A DNA stretch of 63,865 nucleotides, counting the filler, from Octopus bimaculoides (Eukaryota), in the NCBI RefSeq assembly GCF_001194135.2. It is 5 parts of 4 records of this genome, joined end to end, with 100 filler letters (N's around TTAATTAATTAA, not from the genome) between each part and the next. Parts side by side here need not be neighbours in the genome. Positions count along the whole stretch, not along the records: positions 34,244 to 62,308 come from NC_068981.1; positions 62,409 to 63,865 come from NC_068982.1; 3 more parts are not named here. One strand, given 5' to 3'. Both the position numbers and the translations under genes were made by a program. The notes beneath the pieces were generated by a model. The model worked only from the letters and a program-made list of their open reading frames with translations, made no database searches and had not been told where the DNA came from. This document shows positions 52,480-63,865 of the stretch, one piece after another. The first letter of the stretch is position 1. Each line of letters begins with the position of its first letter.

Positions 52480-53280
52480 GACTGTTATAAAACCACTGCG
52501 AAATAAATTTCTTCAACACAATATATAACACTGCCGTTATTGATCGCTGGATGATAAAAATATTTTGAAGGCTTCAGAAGGCAATTGATAACTTCAGGAC
52601 GCTTGACTCTCATATCTGATTCCAACATGGCATCACAAGACGAACAAAAGTTAATACTACCGTGCGTGCTATCGTCGATCCATGGAGATATGGACACTTT
52701 ACAGGCATTATGTGGGGGTACTTGAACGCTTCCATCTGGAAAATCTAAGATATATCTTGATTATTGGTTGGTCATTGCGGACGCCAGACTCAGGTCTTGA
52801 TGGGAACCGTTAATGTGAAAATTACGGCGATGGTACACGGGCATCGATTACGCTGGACTGAATAACTTGTTATCGAAGGACTGTTAATCAGTTGCTATAT
52901 AGTGAATATGTCTGTGGAAAATGCCCCAGCAGAAAACGAAACTATAGTTTACGGATTCTATAAAGTTCTCGCTGAAGGTGTGTGAGATACAGTTTGACTG
53001 CTGGGAATTCAATGCATGCCATTGTCACCATTGGAGGAAACGTATAAAGGAAGTAGTGAGTATCTTTAAAGAAACATGCACTTTGCTTCCTGAATTTAAG
53101 TGAGCTGCTCAAAAATGTACCGATGGTTTAGAGAATGGCGAAAATTTCGTCTGCGGTATATGTGGGCGTGTATGGGCTCATTTGTCGTTAGCCGAACCGG
53201 AAATGTAAAGAATAATTTCTGAGTGCACAGTGTCCTTGATAGTCAGTCATTGTCTTGCCTGGTCACGAGTGGATATCCAT
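52480..53280 (+). mobile_element. RTE/BovB-type LINE 3' fragment, decayed
   Basis: YRAC...EIWTLYRHYVGVLERFHLENLRYIL...; terminal FVCGICGRV half-finger; tail ending in (CA)n. Confidence 0.75.
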
Positions 53281-53385
53281 CACACACACACACAAGCATA
53301 CGTACACACACACACAAACACACACGCACACACATATATATGGGGGGTGTATGTATGTATACATATGCTTGTTTGTATGCATGTC

Positions 53386-53450
<65 letters not shown>

Positions 53451-54568
53451 GTGTGTTTGTGTATGTATGCATGCTTATATCTATACATACACATATATAA
53501 CAGTTCTTCATGTAAATACCAATAATGTACCATGTACTTATGTGAAGTGAAATATCTATGATATAGTCCATTAAAGAATTATATATCTTTACATCAATTA
53601 CATTCATAGGTTCGAAAATGGTTCAAGTTAGCTTTACAAAAAAAAACTCAGTCTACATAAAGAAACTTATGTTGTTCTATCTTAGCTTAAAAAGTTCAGA
53701 AGTGATAATATTTATGAAATATCTGCTTTTGAAAACGTACTGGAGTTTCTTCTGTACGTAAACATATTGAATTTATGGCATTGAAAATTAACAGATATAA
53801 ATAATGAAAATGCTATTAATAGATATAAATATCATAAAAAGTAGATACAGAAAATATATATAAAGTAAGCATATGAAATAGTTATATAAAAATACATAAA
53901 ATAAATATGAAATGCATATAATGAATGAAGAATTAGAATTTATATCAAAACATAGGGTTATGTAAAATTTATACTGAATTCAAAAGTACGTAAAAGGAAT
54001 AGGACAGAGTAGGGTATTTGCTGTATATTTCCATACAAAGATATCCGTTTAAAAATATTTAAGACAAAATAGAATAGTGTTAAATCATGGTCCTTTTTAC
54101 CGAGAAGTGACGTATACTTCTGTTTTTAGGAATTTCGTACTTAATCTGTAGTATTTGTAATGATATGAGATGAAGCATTTATATAACGTTTTGATGATGA
54201 AGGCAACTGTGTCAAAGGTTCTGGATACTTTCGTTTTGGAGGACATCTACTGGGGCTTCACGAAGGGGCTAGAGCGTGCTACAAGTGTATTAAGGTCAGA
54301 AGATCCTACTTTGAAAGAGATTAGAGAATTTGGTCTTCTTTAAAATTAATAAATGTCTTTCCTGAAAATATTTGAAATCTTCATAAGTATACCTTGTATA
54401 AAAACTTATCTAGATGTATGTATACATATAAATTGATATTGTGGTCAGTACGGAACTGACGGTTTAATGTAAAGCATAAGAATATTGAATTCAAAGGATT
54501 AATATTGCTATGAACAAACAGAGGCGCACGCGTGTGTGTGGTATTACTCTGCTTGTTTATAGCGATAT

Positions 54569-54638
<70 letters not shown>

Positions 54639-54888
54639 TGAGCCCCTGCAATCTGTATCTTAATATACGTTGCAAACTTACAGAATTCCGCATGTCTAGT
54701 AAAAGTTAGATTTCAAACAATGTTATTTCAGTCATGCTTCTTTCTTCAGTCATTTGCTACAAAGGTATAAAATATAAGTGCTCAACTACCTACCTAATTT
54801 AAAAGAACATTCTACCAATTAGCTTATCAAGTCGAAGGTCCACGACCGATACAGAAATGGGTTCAGAAATTTGAACTATGAATAAATT

Positions 54889-55209
54889 CTTCTTCACTCA
54901 GTCGATAACGACGACGAGGGTCCCAGCTGATACGATCAACAGAACAGCTTGCTCGTGAAATTAACGTGCAAGTGACTGAGCAATCTACAGACACGTGTGC
55001 CCTTAACGTAGTTTTCAAGGAGATTCAGCGTGACACAGAGTGTGACAAGGCTGGCCCGTTGAAATACTACTCATTTTCGCCAGCTGAATGGAATGGAACA
55101 ACGTGAAATAAACTGTCATGCTCAAGGACACAAGGCGTCGCCGGGAATTGAACTCACGACCTTACGATCGTGCGCCGAATGCCCTAACCACTAAACCACG
55201 CGTCTTCAC
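54889..55209 (-). mobile_element. Full-length SINE family B
   Basis: Colinear with 4048-4371; TSD ATG(A/G)ATAAATT at 54878-54888 and 55211-55221. Confidence 0.88.
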
Positions 55210-56127
55210 CATGGATAAATTAAACATGACTTATTGTCAAAAATTTTACAAATATGCAGATTCACGAACTTTCAGCCTTTTGAAAGTGTTTCCTAAAGTC
55301 CTGGATGACTTTAGTATATTTGATTAAAAACTTTAGCATTAAATTTACATAACCATTCTAATATGTTCTTACCTTCTTCTTTCAGCGCAACTATATATAT
55401 CAATAGTTTTTCCTACTTATCTAACAAACAATACTAAACATACTACATATTTTATAACGTTATTTACACACAAGTTTGTGTTTCTGTAATTATAACCATC
55501 ATATCTTTTTTTACATTTCCTATATCATAATTTTCATATTTTTTCTTTATCATGATTCGGTTATTGAACTCTATATTTTAATTTTTATTCTTCTACACCG
55601 TATAAATATTGCTTTGCAGGTTGACTGACTCAGCTTTCTAATATTTGTATGTAATGATTAATAACATTGACAACGTTTTACCCACCATACAAAACCGGAA
55701 ATATTTCTGCATATGGTCTGCCTATTTTTTCTAGAAATCGAATCTCTTTCTTTTGATGTTAGCTTGCATTTTATCTGGGAATACACTTCAAATGACATTG
55801 TATTTTCTTTAATGGACTATATCATCCCACAAATTTGTATGTGTATGTGTGTCTACGTGCGTGTATGTATGAGGGCGCACGTATATGTGTTTGTGTACAT
55901 CGGAATGCGTTCATTGTGAAGTTTGGACGAAGCTTTTTAGATATCAATAGCCGTTGCTAACTTTCCCAAGACTAAGTTACAAAATATGAATGTATGACTC
56001 TAATAATTAGATAATATTTTAATTCGTACTAAATATTGTTTGGGGCCTACTTGTGCTTCTAAAAAAAATATTTTACTCACACAAACACATACGCACATAT
56101 AGGCGCACACACACATAAACCGCACCA

Positions 56128-56360
56128 AGAAAAAGGGGCCCTGGAAACAGTGAGTAAAATTCTCGAGAAGTACATGGAACAAATAGTGTGGAGCACTTGC
56201 AGAAAACAGCACTGTTTGGAACCGCTCGAATACTCTGGAAGGTACTCGAAAAATAAGAGGTGATACCTTAGTTCAATGATATTGAGCATCTGACACCGTA
56301 GTACGTCACCAACGTTAGAAGCTGTGCAATGGCAACAATAATAATAATAAGAAGAAGAAT

Positions 56361-56420
<60 letters not shown>
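56128..56420 (+). mobile_element. R4/Dong-type LINE 3' end (second subfamily) with (TAA/CAA)n tail
   Basis: GALETVSKILEKY...LQKTALFGTARILWKVL-like frame with frameshift. Confidence 0.65.
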
Positions 56421-56436
<16 letters not shown>

Positions 56437-56571
56437 TAGCGTTTTGAGCATTTCACTTGGTAGGTAACAATATGTGCATCTGGGATTAGGAGCAGAAGTA
56501 GTAGGGGTGCAACGTATCCACATGTTGAGAGAAATGAACTCTTGTGGGTTCGAGGTCGTTGTCAATTCTTG

Positions 56572-56654
56572 GAGAAGAAGAAGAAGAAGAAGAAGAAGAA
56601 GAAGAAGAAGAAGAAGAAGAAGAAGAAGAAGAAGAAGAAGAAGAAGAAGAAGAA
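56572..56654. repeat. (GAA)n microsatellite
   Basis: Pure array; source of the poly-Arg ORF. Confidence 0.97.
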
Positions 56655-56729
56655 TCTACTTGCGCAGACTGAGCGAGTGCTGAAAACGTTCTTGGCTTAG
56701 GGTAAAAGAAAATGAATGAGGATCACTTA

Positions 56730-56890
56730 ATTGTGATTTTATTCAACATATTCCCCTTTGAAATTCACAGACTTACTTCAGCGGTCCTTCGGCTTTTTCA
56801 AAGCACTGTAAAAGAACTCGGAAGGTCGGGCCCAAACCAGGAATTTCGTGATACCCTTAAACCCAAGAAATTTTCTGCACCCCCTCGTGT
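56730..56890. mobile_element. Mariner-like terminal fragment
   Basis: TTATTCAACATATTCCCC...TTTTCTGCACCCCTCGT, ending in a reverse-complemented ACGAGGGGTG TIR-like end. Confidence 0.5.
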
Positions 56891-56939
56891 ATATATGTAC
56901 GTATGTACGTATGTATGTATGTATGTATGTATGTATAGG

Positions 56940-57800
56940 CGGAGTGAATAAACTCGTCTAAATTGCGCAAAAATGAAAATGACATTAACATCTCATTTTA
57001 ACAGATATATTTACCAAGATTGCAAAAAAATATCTTGAAATACTAACTAGTGAATGCATTCAATAAAATCGCTATTGACTTCAACCACGGGCTCCACACC
57101 ACTTCAGAATTTTTTGCAACTATTCTCAACGATCCCCTTGTTTAAGTTGGTGAATGCTGCTATAATCCTTGCCTTCAGTTCATCTTTGGTGTTACAACGA
57201 GTTTTTTTGGTCTTTCGCTCAACTGCGCCTCACACTTAATAATCATAGGGTTGCAGTCTGGGGAGTTAGGTGGCCAGATGTTAGGAGTGATATGGTCATA
57301 GAAATTGTTTGACAGTTATGATTGGGTACTCCTCCTTGTGTGGTATGGTGCAGAGTCTTGTTGCTAGATCCAGGGCAGCACTTGATCCAGGGCAGCACTT
57401 CCTCTCCCAGGCATTTGTTGTAGGTTTCTGTGTTGAGTTTGAGGCCGTGTGGGAAGATGAATAGCGACATAACGTCGCCATCACTAGTGATCATTCCAAA
57501 CACCATGATGTTGACTGGATGTTTGATTTTTATCGCTATCGGTACATGTCCTCAGATAGAACTGTCCTCAGATTGACACCCATACACTCTGAAATTTTCG
57601 TATTGAAACTTCCAGCGCGATTTCCATACAGAGCATGTCGTTTCCAAATTTCTGGCAGAGCACATTGCGTCATAGTGCTGTATTTCTCACAGACGGTGTC
57701 CAACTGACCCTGCTATACCATGTAGTCGATAAAATCAAAAACAAATGCACATGCACGAAATTAAAAATTTGTAAGATGGCGACAATGTACCCATTGCACG
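56940..57800 (-). mobile_element. maT/DD37D-type Tc1-mariner, internally deleted
   Basis: MVFGMITSDGDVMSLFIFPHGLKLNTETY...EEVLPWI, followed by a WPPNSPDCNP-type region; N-terminal EIWKRHA...GVNLRTV joined directly to the catalytic region. Confidence 0.8.
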
Positions 57801-59466
57801 CTATATGTGTGTGTGTATGTGTGCGTGTGCGCGTGCGTGTGTGTGTGCGTGTGTGTGTGTATGTTTGCACATGTGTAAATATATATATATGTATGTATGT
57901 TTGTTTGTATGTTTGTATGCATATAAATATATGTTAATGTTTTTTTTTTATATATATAACGTTGTATTACGTTATACATACAAGCGTTAAGAGTAATCTG
58001 AAGGATTGTTCGATCCCAGGAAAAAGTTGATTGTAACTACGAAATTTAGCTATCAACCCATAATCCTTGGGAAGGAGGCGATTAGATAGTGACACTGACA
58101 GCTTGAACTCAGTTTTTCTGTTATTGATGGGTTTTTTTTTATTTCAAACAGGGAGTAATCATAATTTGGTGAGTGTAGTGATTGCTGTAATTATATGGAG
58201 ATATGTTGGGATACCTAAGTGGTGGGTGCCATAATTTCTGTATGGAAAATATGTATGATTTTGTGTTCAATTTTCTATATTCTTATTTATTTTTGTAGTA
58301 TTCGATAAAATTATAATAAAGATTATATTGGCTTTAATAGAATGCTCTTTTATAATATGAAAAATTCAGAAAAACTAGCTCCACTTTCAATGCTTGGGAA
58401 TTATATTCCACTCAACTCATGATTTTTTTTTCTCATCATGCCTTATAAATTTTTTTTTAAAAACTCTTTTCGGACTGTTTATATTCTCAATATCAGAATA
58501 ACGGCATTTGAATTTTTTTTTTCTAAACTATATAAAAGTAATTTTTAAAACAACAGTAACAAAGAAGCTGAATTCAGTGTTTTACAGAATGTGACAATAT
58601 TATAATTACCGTATTTGTTTCTACGTTGTTCAATGTAATGTATATTCGTTATCGAAAGCATCAGTTTTTTTGTCTCATTTCTTAAAATTTAAAACGCTAC
58701 TGCTACATTTTATTAAAGAAGAAAATGCTATTATGAATGAAAACAAGATATATTTATGTATCTTAAATGCAAACAGATATAAACGTTTCATATTGTAGAG
58801 GCACACATATTAAAGAAAAAAAAACAAAAAAAAACAGCGCATTAAGTTTCCTAACCCTAATCAATTTCTGACTAAAAATTAAATTGCCAATTCTGAATTT
58901 GTAATGACGAAAACATAAATCTCCCAAGATTGTTTGTTTTCTTTTCTTATGATATAATAAGTATAGAGGTGGGTGTTAGGAGATCTACACAGAAGGGAAG
59001 GGCAAAATTCTCTGTTATTTTCATTAAAATTGTAATATGTAATATAAATAAAATATTTCATATGTGTAACACTATATCAACAGGCATTGTCAATACACCG
59101 CATTTACCGAGATTGTGAATATGAATACCTCGTTTATTCCGAAATATTTTCAAAGTTACAACTATTTTATATTCATTATAAACAAATATCGTTTTTTTAA
59201 AAAAGATTATGATAACAATCATTGATTCGAAATTGTAACTTATTTATTAGAACATATAAAATCCAATTTATATTGTAAAAACAAATTAACTAATACTGAT
59301 TTATAATGTTTGCATTTAATAGAGTATATTATTTTTCAGATTCAGCTTGTCGATGTTGCACGCTCCAGGGAAATATGTTATAGAGTTTCTCACATAGAAG
59401 AACTTGTTAGCAAAGCTTTTGAATGTCTCTTTCTATCTGGGTCTTTTACCTCAAATTCTACAAAGA

Positions 59467-59526
<60 letters not shown>

Positions 59527-59779
59527 ACATATACTCATATATAAACAATATATGAGTATATGCATATATATGTACATGTATGTACATACCTTCATCCACA
59601 TGTACATAACTGGGTACATGACGTGGCAAAAGAACATAGACAAAATGATAAACAAGGTACAACAAACAAGCAGGCCACATAGAAAAATCTCCTTCATCAG
59701 CGGCCTTGTAAGTGCGTTTGGTAGAAATAAACTGAATGAAGCGTGTAGTATATATGTACGTGCGTGTACATGTTTTTGT

Positions 59780-60000
59780 GCGCGTGTGTGTATGGCTTTG
59801 TGTTTTTGTCACCCACCACCTCCTGAGAAACGGTATTGGTCTGTTCACAACCCGTAACCTAGCGGTTCGGCGAATACGACAGATAGAATAAAAGCCAGGC
59901 TTTAAAAAATATAAGAACTGTGGTCGATTCTTTGGACTAAATTTTTTGAAGGTGATGTTCCAGCATGGCCGCAATCCAATGATTGGAACAAGTAAAAGTT
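59780..60000 (+). mobile_element. Decayed SINE family D 3' half
   Basis: CCCGTAACCTAGCGGTTCGGCGAA...TTCCAGCATGGCCGCAATCCAATG. Confidence 0.75.
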
Positions 60001-60999
60001 AAATTCTTCATCAATAATGAGCTTTATCAAACTTGTAATATGGCTTTGTCACAACAATAATTTTCTTAGATTCCAAATTTCAAGAACTTTTAACAGTAGT
60101 GAACAATAAAAATTTCGTATGTGTAAGACGAGAATTTTTATTTTCTAATCTCTCGAGGAGCCCTATTTCGTCTCCTCATATTAACACACCTAACAAAAGA
60201 AAAACTACACTTTAACTCTCTTGGTTGCAAATATTCTCAGAAGAATTTTGAACAATAAATTTGGTCCATTTTGTGTTAATTAAGGCATCGTCCGATCAAA
60301 AACTTTGCGTATTTTCCTTGCCATGAATGCATTTGTAGATAATATTCTCACTTCTTTTTAAGAGTTACTATGAAATTATTTCTTTGATAAAATCTTGATA
60401 CATCAGTGAAATATTAATTGAAGTATTCTTTTCCCGAGCGTTGCTAAAGCAGATTCGTAATGTTGACTCAGTTTGACTAACATCACAAGACCTTGTTCTC
60501 TGACGATTTATGTTCTCTTTAATATTGCTGATTTTCGATGTCTGATCTTTTTATACCACTTGCACGATACTGACTTTGATTCATTTAATGAACTGCGGAA
60601 ATGCGATGACTCATTTTGAGCAACATATTTTACTTTTTCTTGTATTCACACTCTTTACATTTACTTAATTTTATTCCTATATAGACAGATATTTTGATAA
60701 TTACGCATATTCACATTTATTCAATGGCAAACCACACCCTTTTGATTGAGATTGGCCACAAATTGCATGACAAACGGAACCAACACTCCTCGTCATTCAG
60801 GGGCTTTTCTCCGGAATCTTCATGGCTGGTAGGGCAGTATAACCAAATGAACTGATCAATTAATGGATGTGTTTACTTGACAAACTATTTAGCAAAACCC
60901 AGCGCTTAGGTACAATAATAGTGGCACATTGACCAGAGCGCAAAAATAACAACAAACAATTCAATCAACATAAAGCACCTATATTTCCAAACCCCAAAT

Positions 61000-61009
61000 T
61001 AAGATTCCT

Positions 61010-61044
<35 letters not shown>

Positions 61045-61078
61045 CACACNNNNNNNNNNNNNNNNNNNNNNNNNNNNN

Positions 61079-61113
<35 letters not shown>

Positions 61114-61155
61114 TAGATAGATAGATAGATGGATGGATGGATGGATGGATGGATG

Positions 61156-61219
<64 letters not shown>

Positions 61220-61220
61220 C
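61000..61220. repeat. (CA)n, (GA)n, (GATG)n, (GATA)n compound microsatellite
   Basis: Visible arrays. Confidence 0.95.
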
Positions 61221-61982
61221 TTGTGGTTGAGATTTTCTCCCCTCTTTTTTTCCATTTTAGTCTTGAGCATGTTTCTGCGTCAGCAGTTCATATACTATAT
61301 TACTGATTTTGTGACAAAACTCTGGGTATTACTAAGTAGTTTATCAAGTAAACACATATATGTGTGTGCATTTGTGTGTGTGTGTATCTAAACCTATGTA
61401 TAGTATACATGTATTTGTGACTATGGATTAAAAAAAGAACTTGTGAATAATCTTAATCAATTTTCGAATTTCATTGGATTCGTACCTATTGCTCGTATAT
61501 TAATTTGAGCAGAAACAGCGAGTTAAGCATCCAATCAGTTTCTATATTCAACAATTTCAGTAACTCCAGAAAATTTGACTTAATAATTTGCATACCATAA
61601 GTGTTAAAACTTTATATTAAGTGTCAGGAAATGTTAACGGAAATATTACTCCACATAGTATCAAATTATTGCATAATATATGAAACCTATATATATATAG
61701 TACCTTAATATATATATAGTACCTTAATTCATCTCTTTCCCAGTGGACTGAAAAACGATGAACAATTTTAATATTTATGATATATATGTATGGATAGACT
61801 TATTTCTAGTACCCTCTGTCAGTTTAAATGACAACTATACTTTCGGTGTGGAAGATAAGTTATGATCTTATTTTAAGAAATATTGTTAAATGTTTTTCGA
61901 TTATTTATTTATAGTCAAAACAAGTATTTTTTTTATATATTTATTTGATATTTATTATAGGTTACAATACATACATTGATTA

Positions 61983-62308
61983 TATTATTATTATTATTAT
62001 TGTTCAGTAGTTTTATTTTTATAACGTGCTTTCACTTCACTAACGAGCGCAGCTCTGTGCGCCTTGAGTATGTGCTGTGATTTGCTGTGGTGCTCTTATG
62101 TTTACTGTATTGAAAGTGTTTTGCGTAGAATGTGTGCAGTACCCAGTAGTGCAATTTTCTATATGTTATATATATTTGTAAGTCCTGGTATTTTTGTTAT
62201 GTATTTGTCTGAATATTTTTTTATTATACCTAAGGCACCTACTATGATAGGAATTGTTTCTGTTTTTAGATTCCACATTCGAGTTATCTCTATTTCCAGG
62301 TCCTTGTA
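61983..62308 (-). mobile_element. R4/Dong-type LINE 3' end with (TAA)n tail
   Basis: Reverse complement of 62409-62760 with a few substitutions. Confidence 0.88.
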
Positions 62309-62408
62309 NNNNNNNNNNNNNNNNNNNNNNNNNNNNNNNNNNNNNNNNNNNNTTAATTAATTAANNNNNNNNNNNNNNNNNNNNNNNNNNNNNNNNNNNN
62401 NNNNNNNN
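62309..62408. other. Assembly gap with six-frame-stop linker
   Basis: 44 N + TTAATTAATTAA (62353-62364) + 44 N. Confidence 0.95.
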
Positions 62409-62760
62409 TCTAAAAGAAATGGAAAAACTTTCAAAATACAAAGACCTGGAAATAGAGATAACTCGAATGTGGAATCTAAAAACAGAAACAATTCCTATCA
62501 TAGTAGGTGCCTTAGGTATAATAAAAAAATATTCAGACAAATACATAACAAAAACACCAGGACTTACAAATATATATAACATACAGAAAATTGCACTACT
62601 GGGTACTGCACACATTCTACGCAAAACACTTTCAATACAGTAAACATAAGAGCACCACAGCAAACCACAGCACATACCCAAGGCGCACAGAGCTGCGCTC
62701 GGTAGTGAAGTGAAAGCACGTTATAAAAATAAAACTACTGAATAATAATAATAATAATAA
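62409..62760 (+). mobile_element. R4/Dong-type LINE 3' end; open frame 62419-62643 (C-terminal RLE region)
   Basis: EKLSKYKDLEIEITRMWNLKTETIPIIVGALG...IQKIALLGTAHILRKTLSIQ*; (TAA)n tail. Confidence 0.9.
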
Positions 62761-62764
62761 AACA

Positions 62765-63000
62765 TGCCCCTGATACAATACCAGGCACTGGCCCTCAAGG
62801 CTTCTGATCGTAACTGATTAAAAGTGTTATCATGTACACATTTTTTTCTTGGTGTAAAAGATGGGGTACAGAAAATATTCTGCTCAATACCACATATTTG
62901 CTTTTCAGTTGCTTGTCAGTACTCAATACCACATATTTGCCTTAATCACTTGTGCATGTTCCTCAGTGGATTGTAATATGTGTATCTCTAAATTCAGATC
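62765..63000. repeat. Unclassified dispersed repeat with internal CTCAATACCACATATTTGC duplication
   Basis: 19-mer occurs twice within about 60 bp; AATATGTG(T/C)ATCT links it to 56455-56560. Confidence 0.35.
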
Positions 63001-63865
63001 CATAAATAATCTTGTAAGGAAGCTTGTCAAAAATATATGCACAATACATCATGAAAATACATTTGGTGTTGCTTTACTAGTTTTGAGTTGCTTTACTCAG
63101 TTACCAAATATAACCTCAAACACCCCTTGCACCTTGTATATAACAAAGTCGTAGTATCTGAGGAATTGCATACACCTGTGGAAGTAAAAATGTGTGTTTA
63201 TCGGTAATAAAAATAATAGATGGGCTCAGTATCAGATGGAAAATATGGACGTATGTTTTTATTCTCCTTCATTTAATTAACATCTTAATGTTATTTTTTT
63301 TTTATTCTTTTTAACTGATATGTCATATTTGCATAACTATATATTTGCATTGTGTATTATGAAATGAGTTTCTCTTTAGTTCTTTATACTTTCTTTAGCA
63401 ATATATACTTCTATATAAATACAGTTGTTTTTCGAATAACTTTCCAAAATAAGCACTCCATTTTTTATGTCACTGTCTCTTCCATTCTTCTATTACACCC
63501 ATTTAGATTAACTTCAAATATTTTCTTCTCCTTTGTTTCATTCCACTTTATTCATACTAATTCAGCCGCCCTACCGTTCTTATAAATATACGAACTATTC
63601 TTGTCATAATATACTCTAACACTATGTTCCACTATCTACTGGAATACTACACAGTTGGTGTATAATGGATAGGAATGGTAATTACGAATTTATAGTTCCT
63701 GACCATTATATTTCGTTTCTTGTTTCACTTTCACTAAACATAACTAATACTTATTTTTATACACATTCCACTTTTAGTTTATCACCAATACCTCGCTTAA
63801 ATTACACGTTTATACACATGTATATATATATTTATATATATGTATATATATATATATATATATAT

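Noticed and set aside
60000-60950. Possible decayed transposase on the minus strand
   Set aside because: Multiple stops and no diagnostic motif recognised
61983-62760. Head-to-head inverted pair of R4/Dong 3' ends
   Set aside because: The two copies are joined only by a linker gap; most likely two contigs each ending in the same repeat

Overview
Repeat-dense, AT-rich, heavily gapped eukaryotic DNA. The SINE/MITE families and microsatellite load look like an octopus-type (coleoid cephalopod) assembly; this rests on my recognition of the repeats and was not searched. I cannot support any intact host gene, rRNA, true tRNA gene or CRISPR array. Most long ORFs in the track come from N-gaps or microsatellites. 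The window holds about six tRNA-derived SINE families (several with 11-19 bp TSDs), decayed LINE fragments (RTE, CR1-like, R4/Dong-type RLE, L1/Tx1-like ORF1), Penelope-like pieces with degenerate minimal hammerhead motifs, and DNA transposon relics (mariner, maT/DD37D, Chapaev3, plus hAT-like, TTAA-type and foldback MITEs). Four exact 100-bp gaps carrying TTAATTAATTAA split the window into five blocks that may not be natural neighbours. The best leads are a TSD-flanked bipartite RTE-derived mini-element present twice, a linker-bounded CpG-depleted block (probably once methylated), a 90-nt three-way hairpin, tandem C2H2 fingers probably carried on an RTE tail, and two homologous ORF1-only remnants. 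None is a demonstrated novel system.
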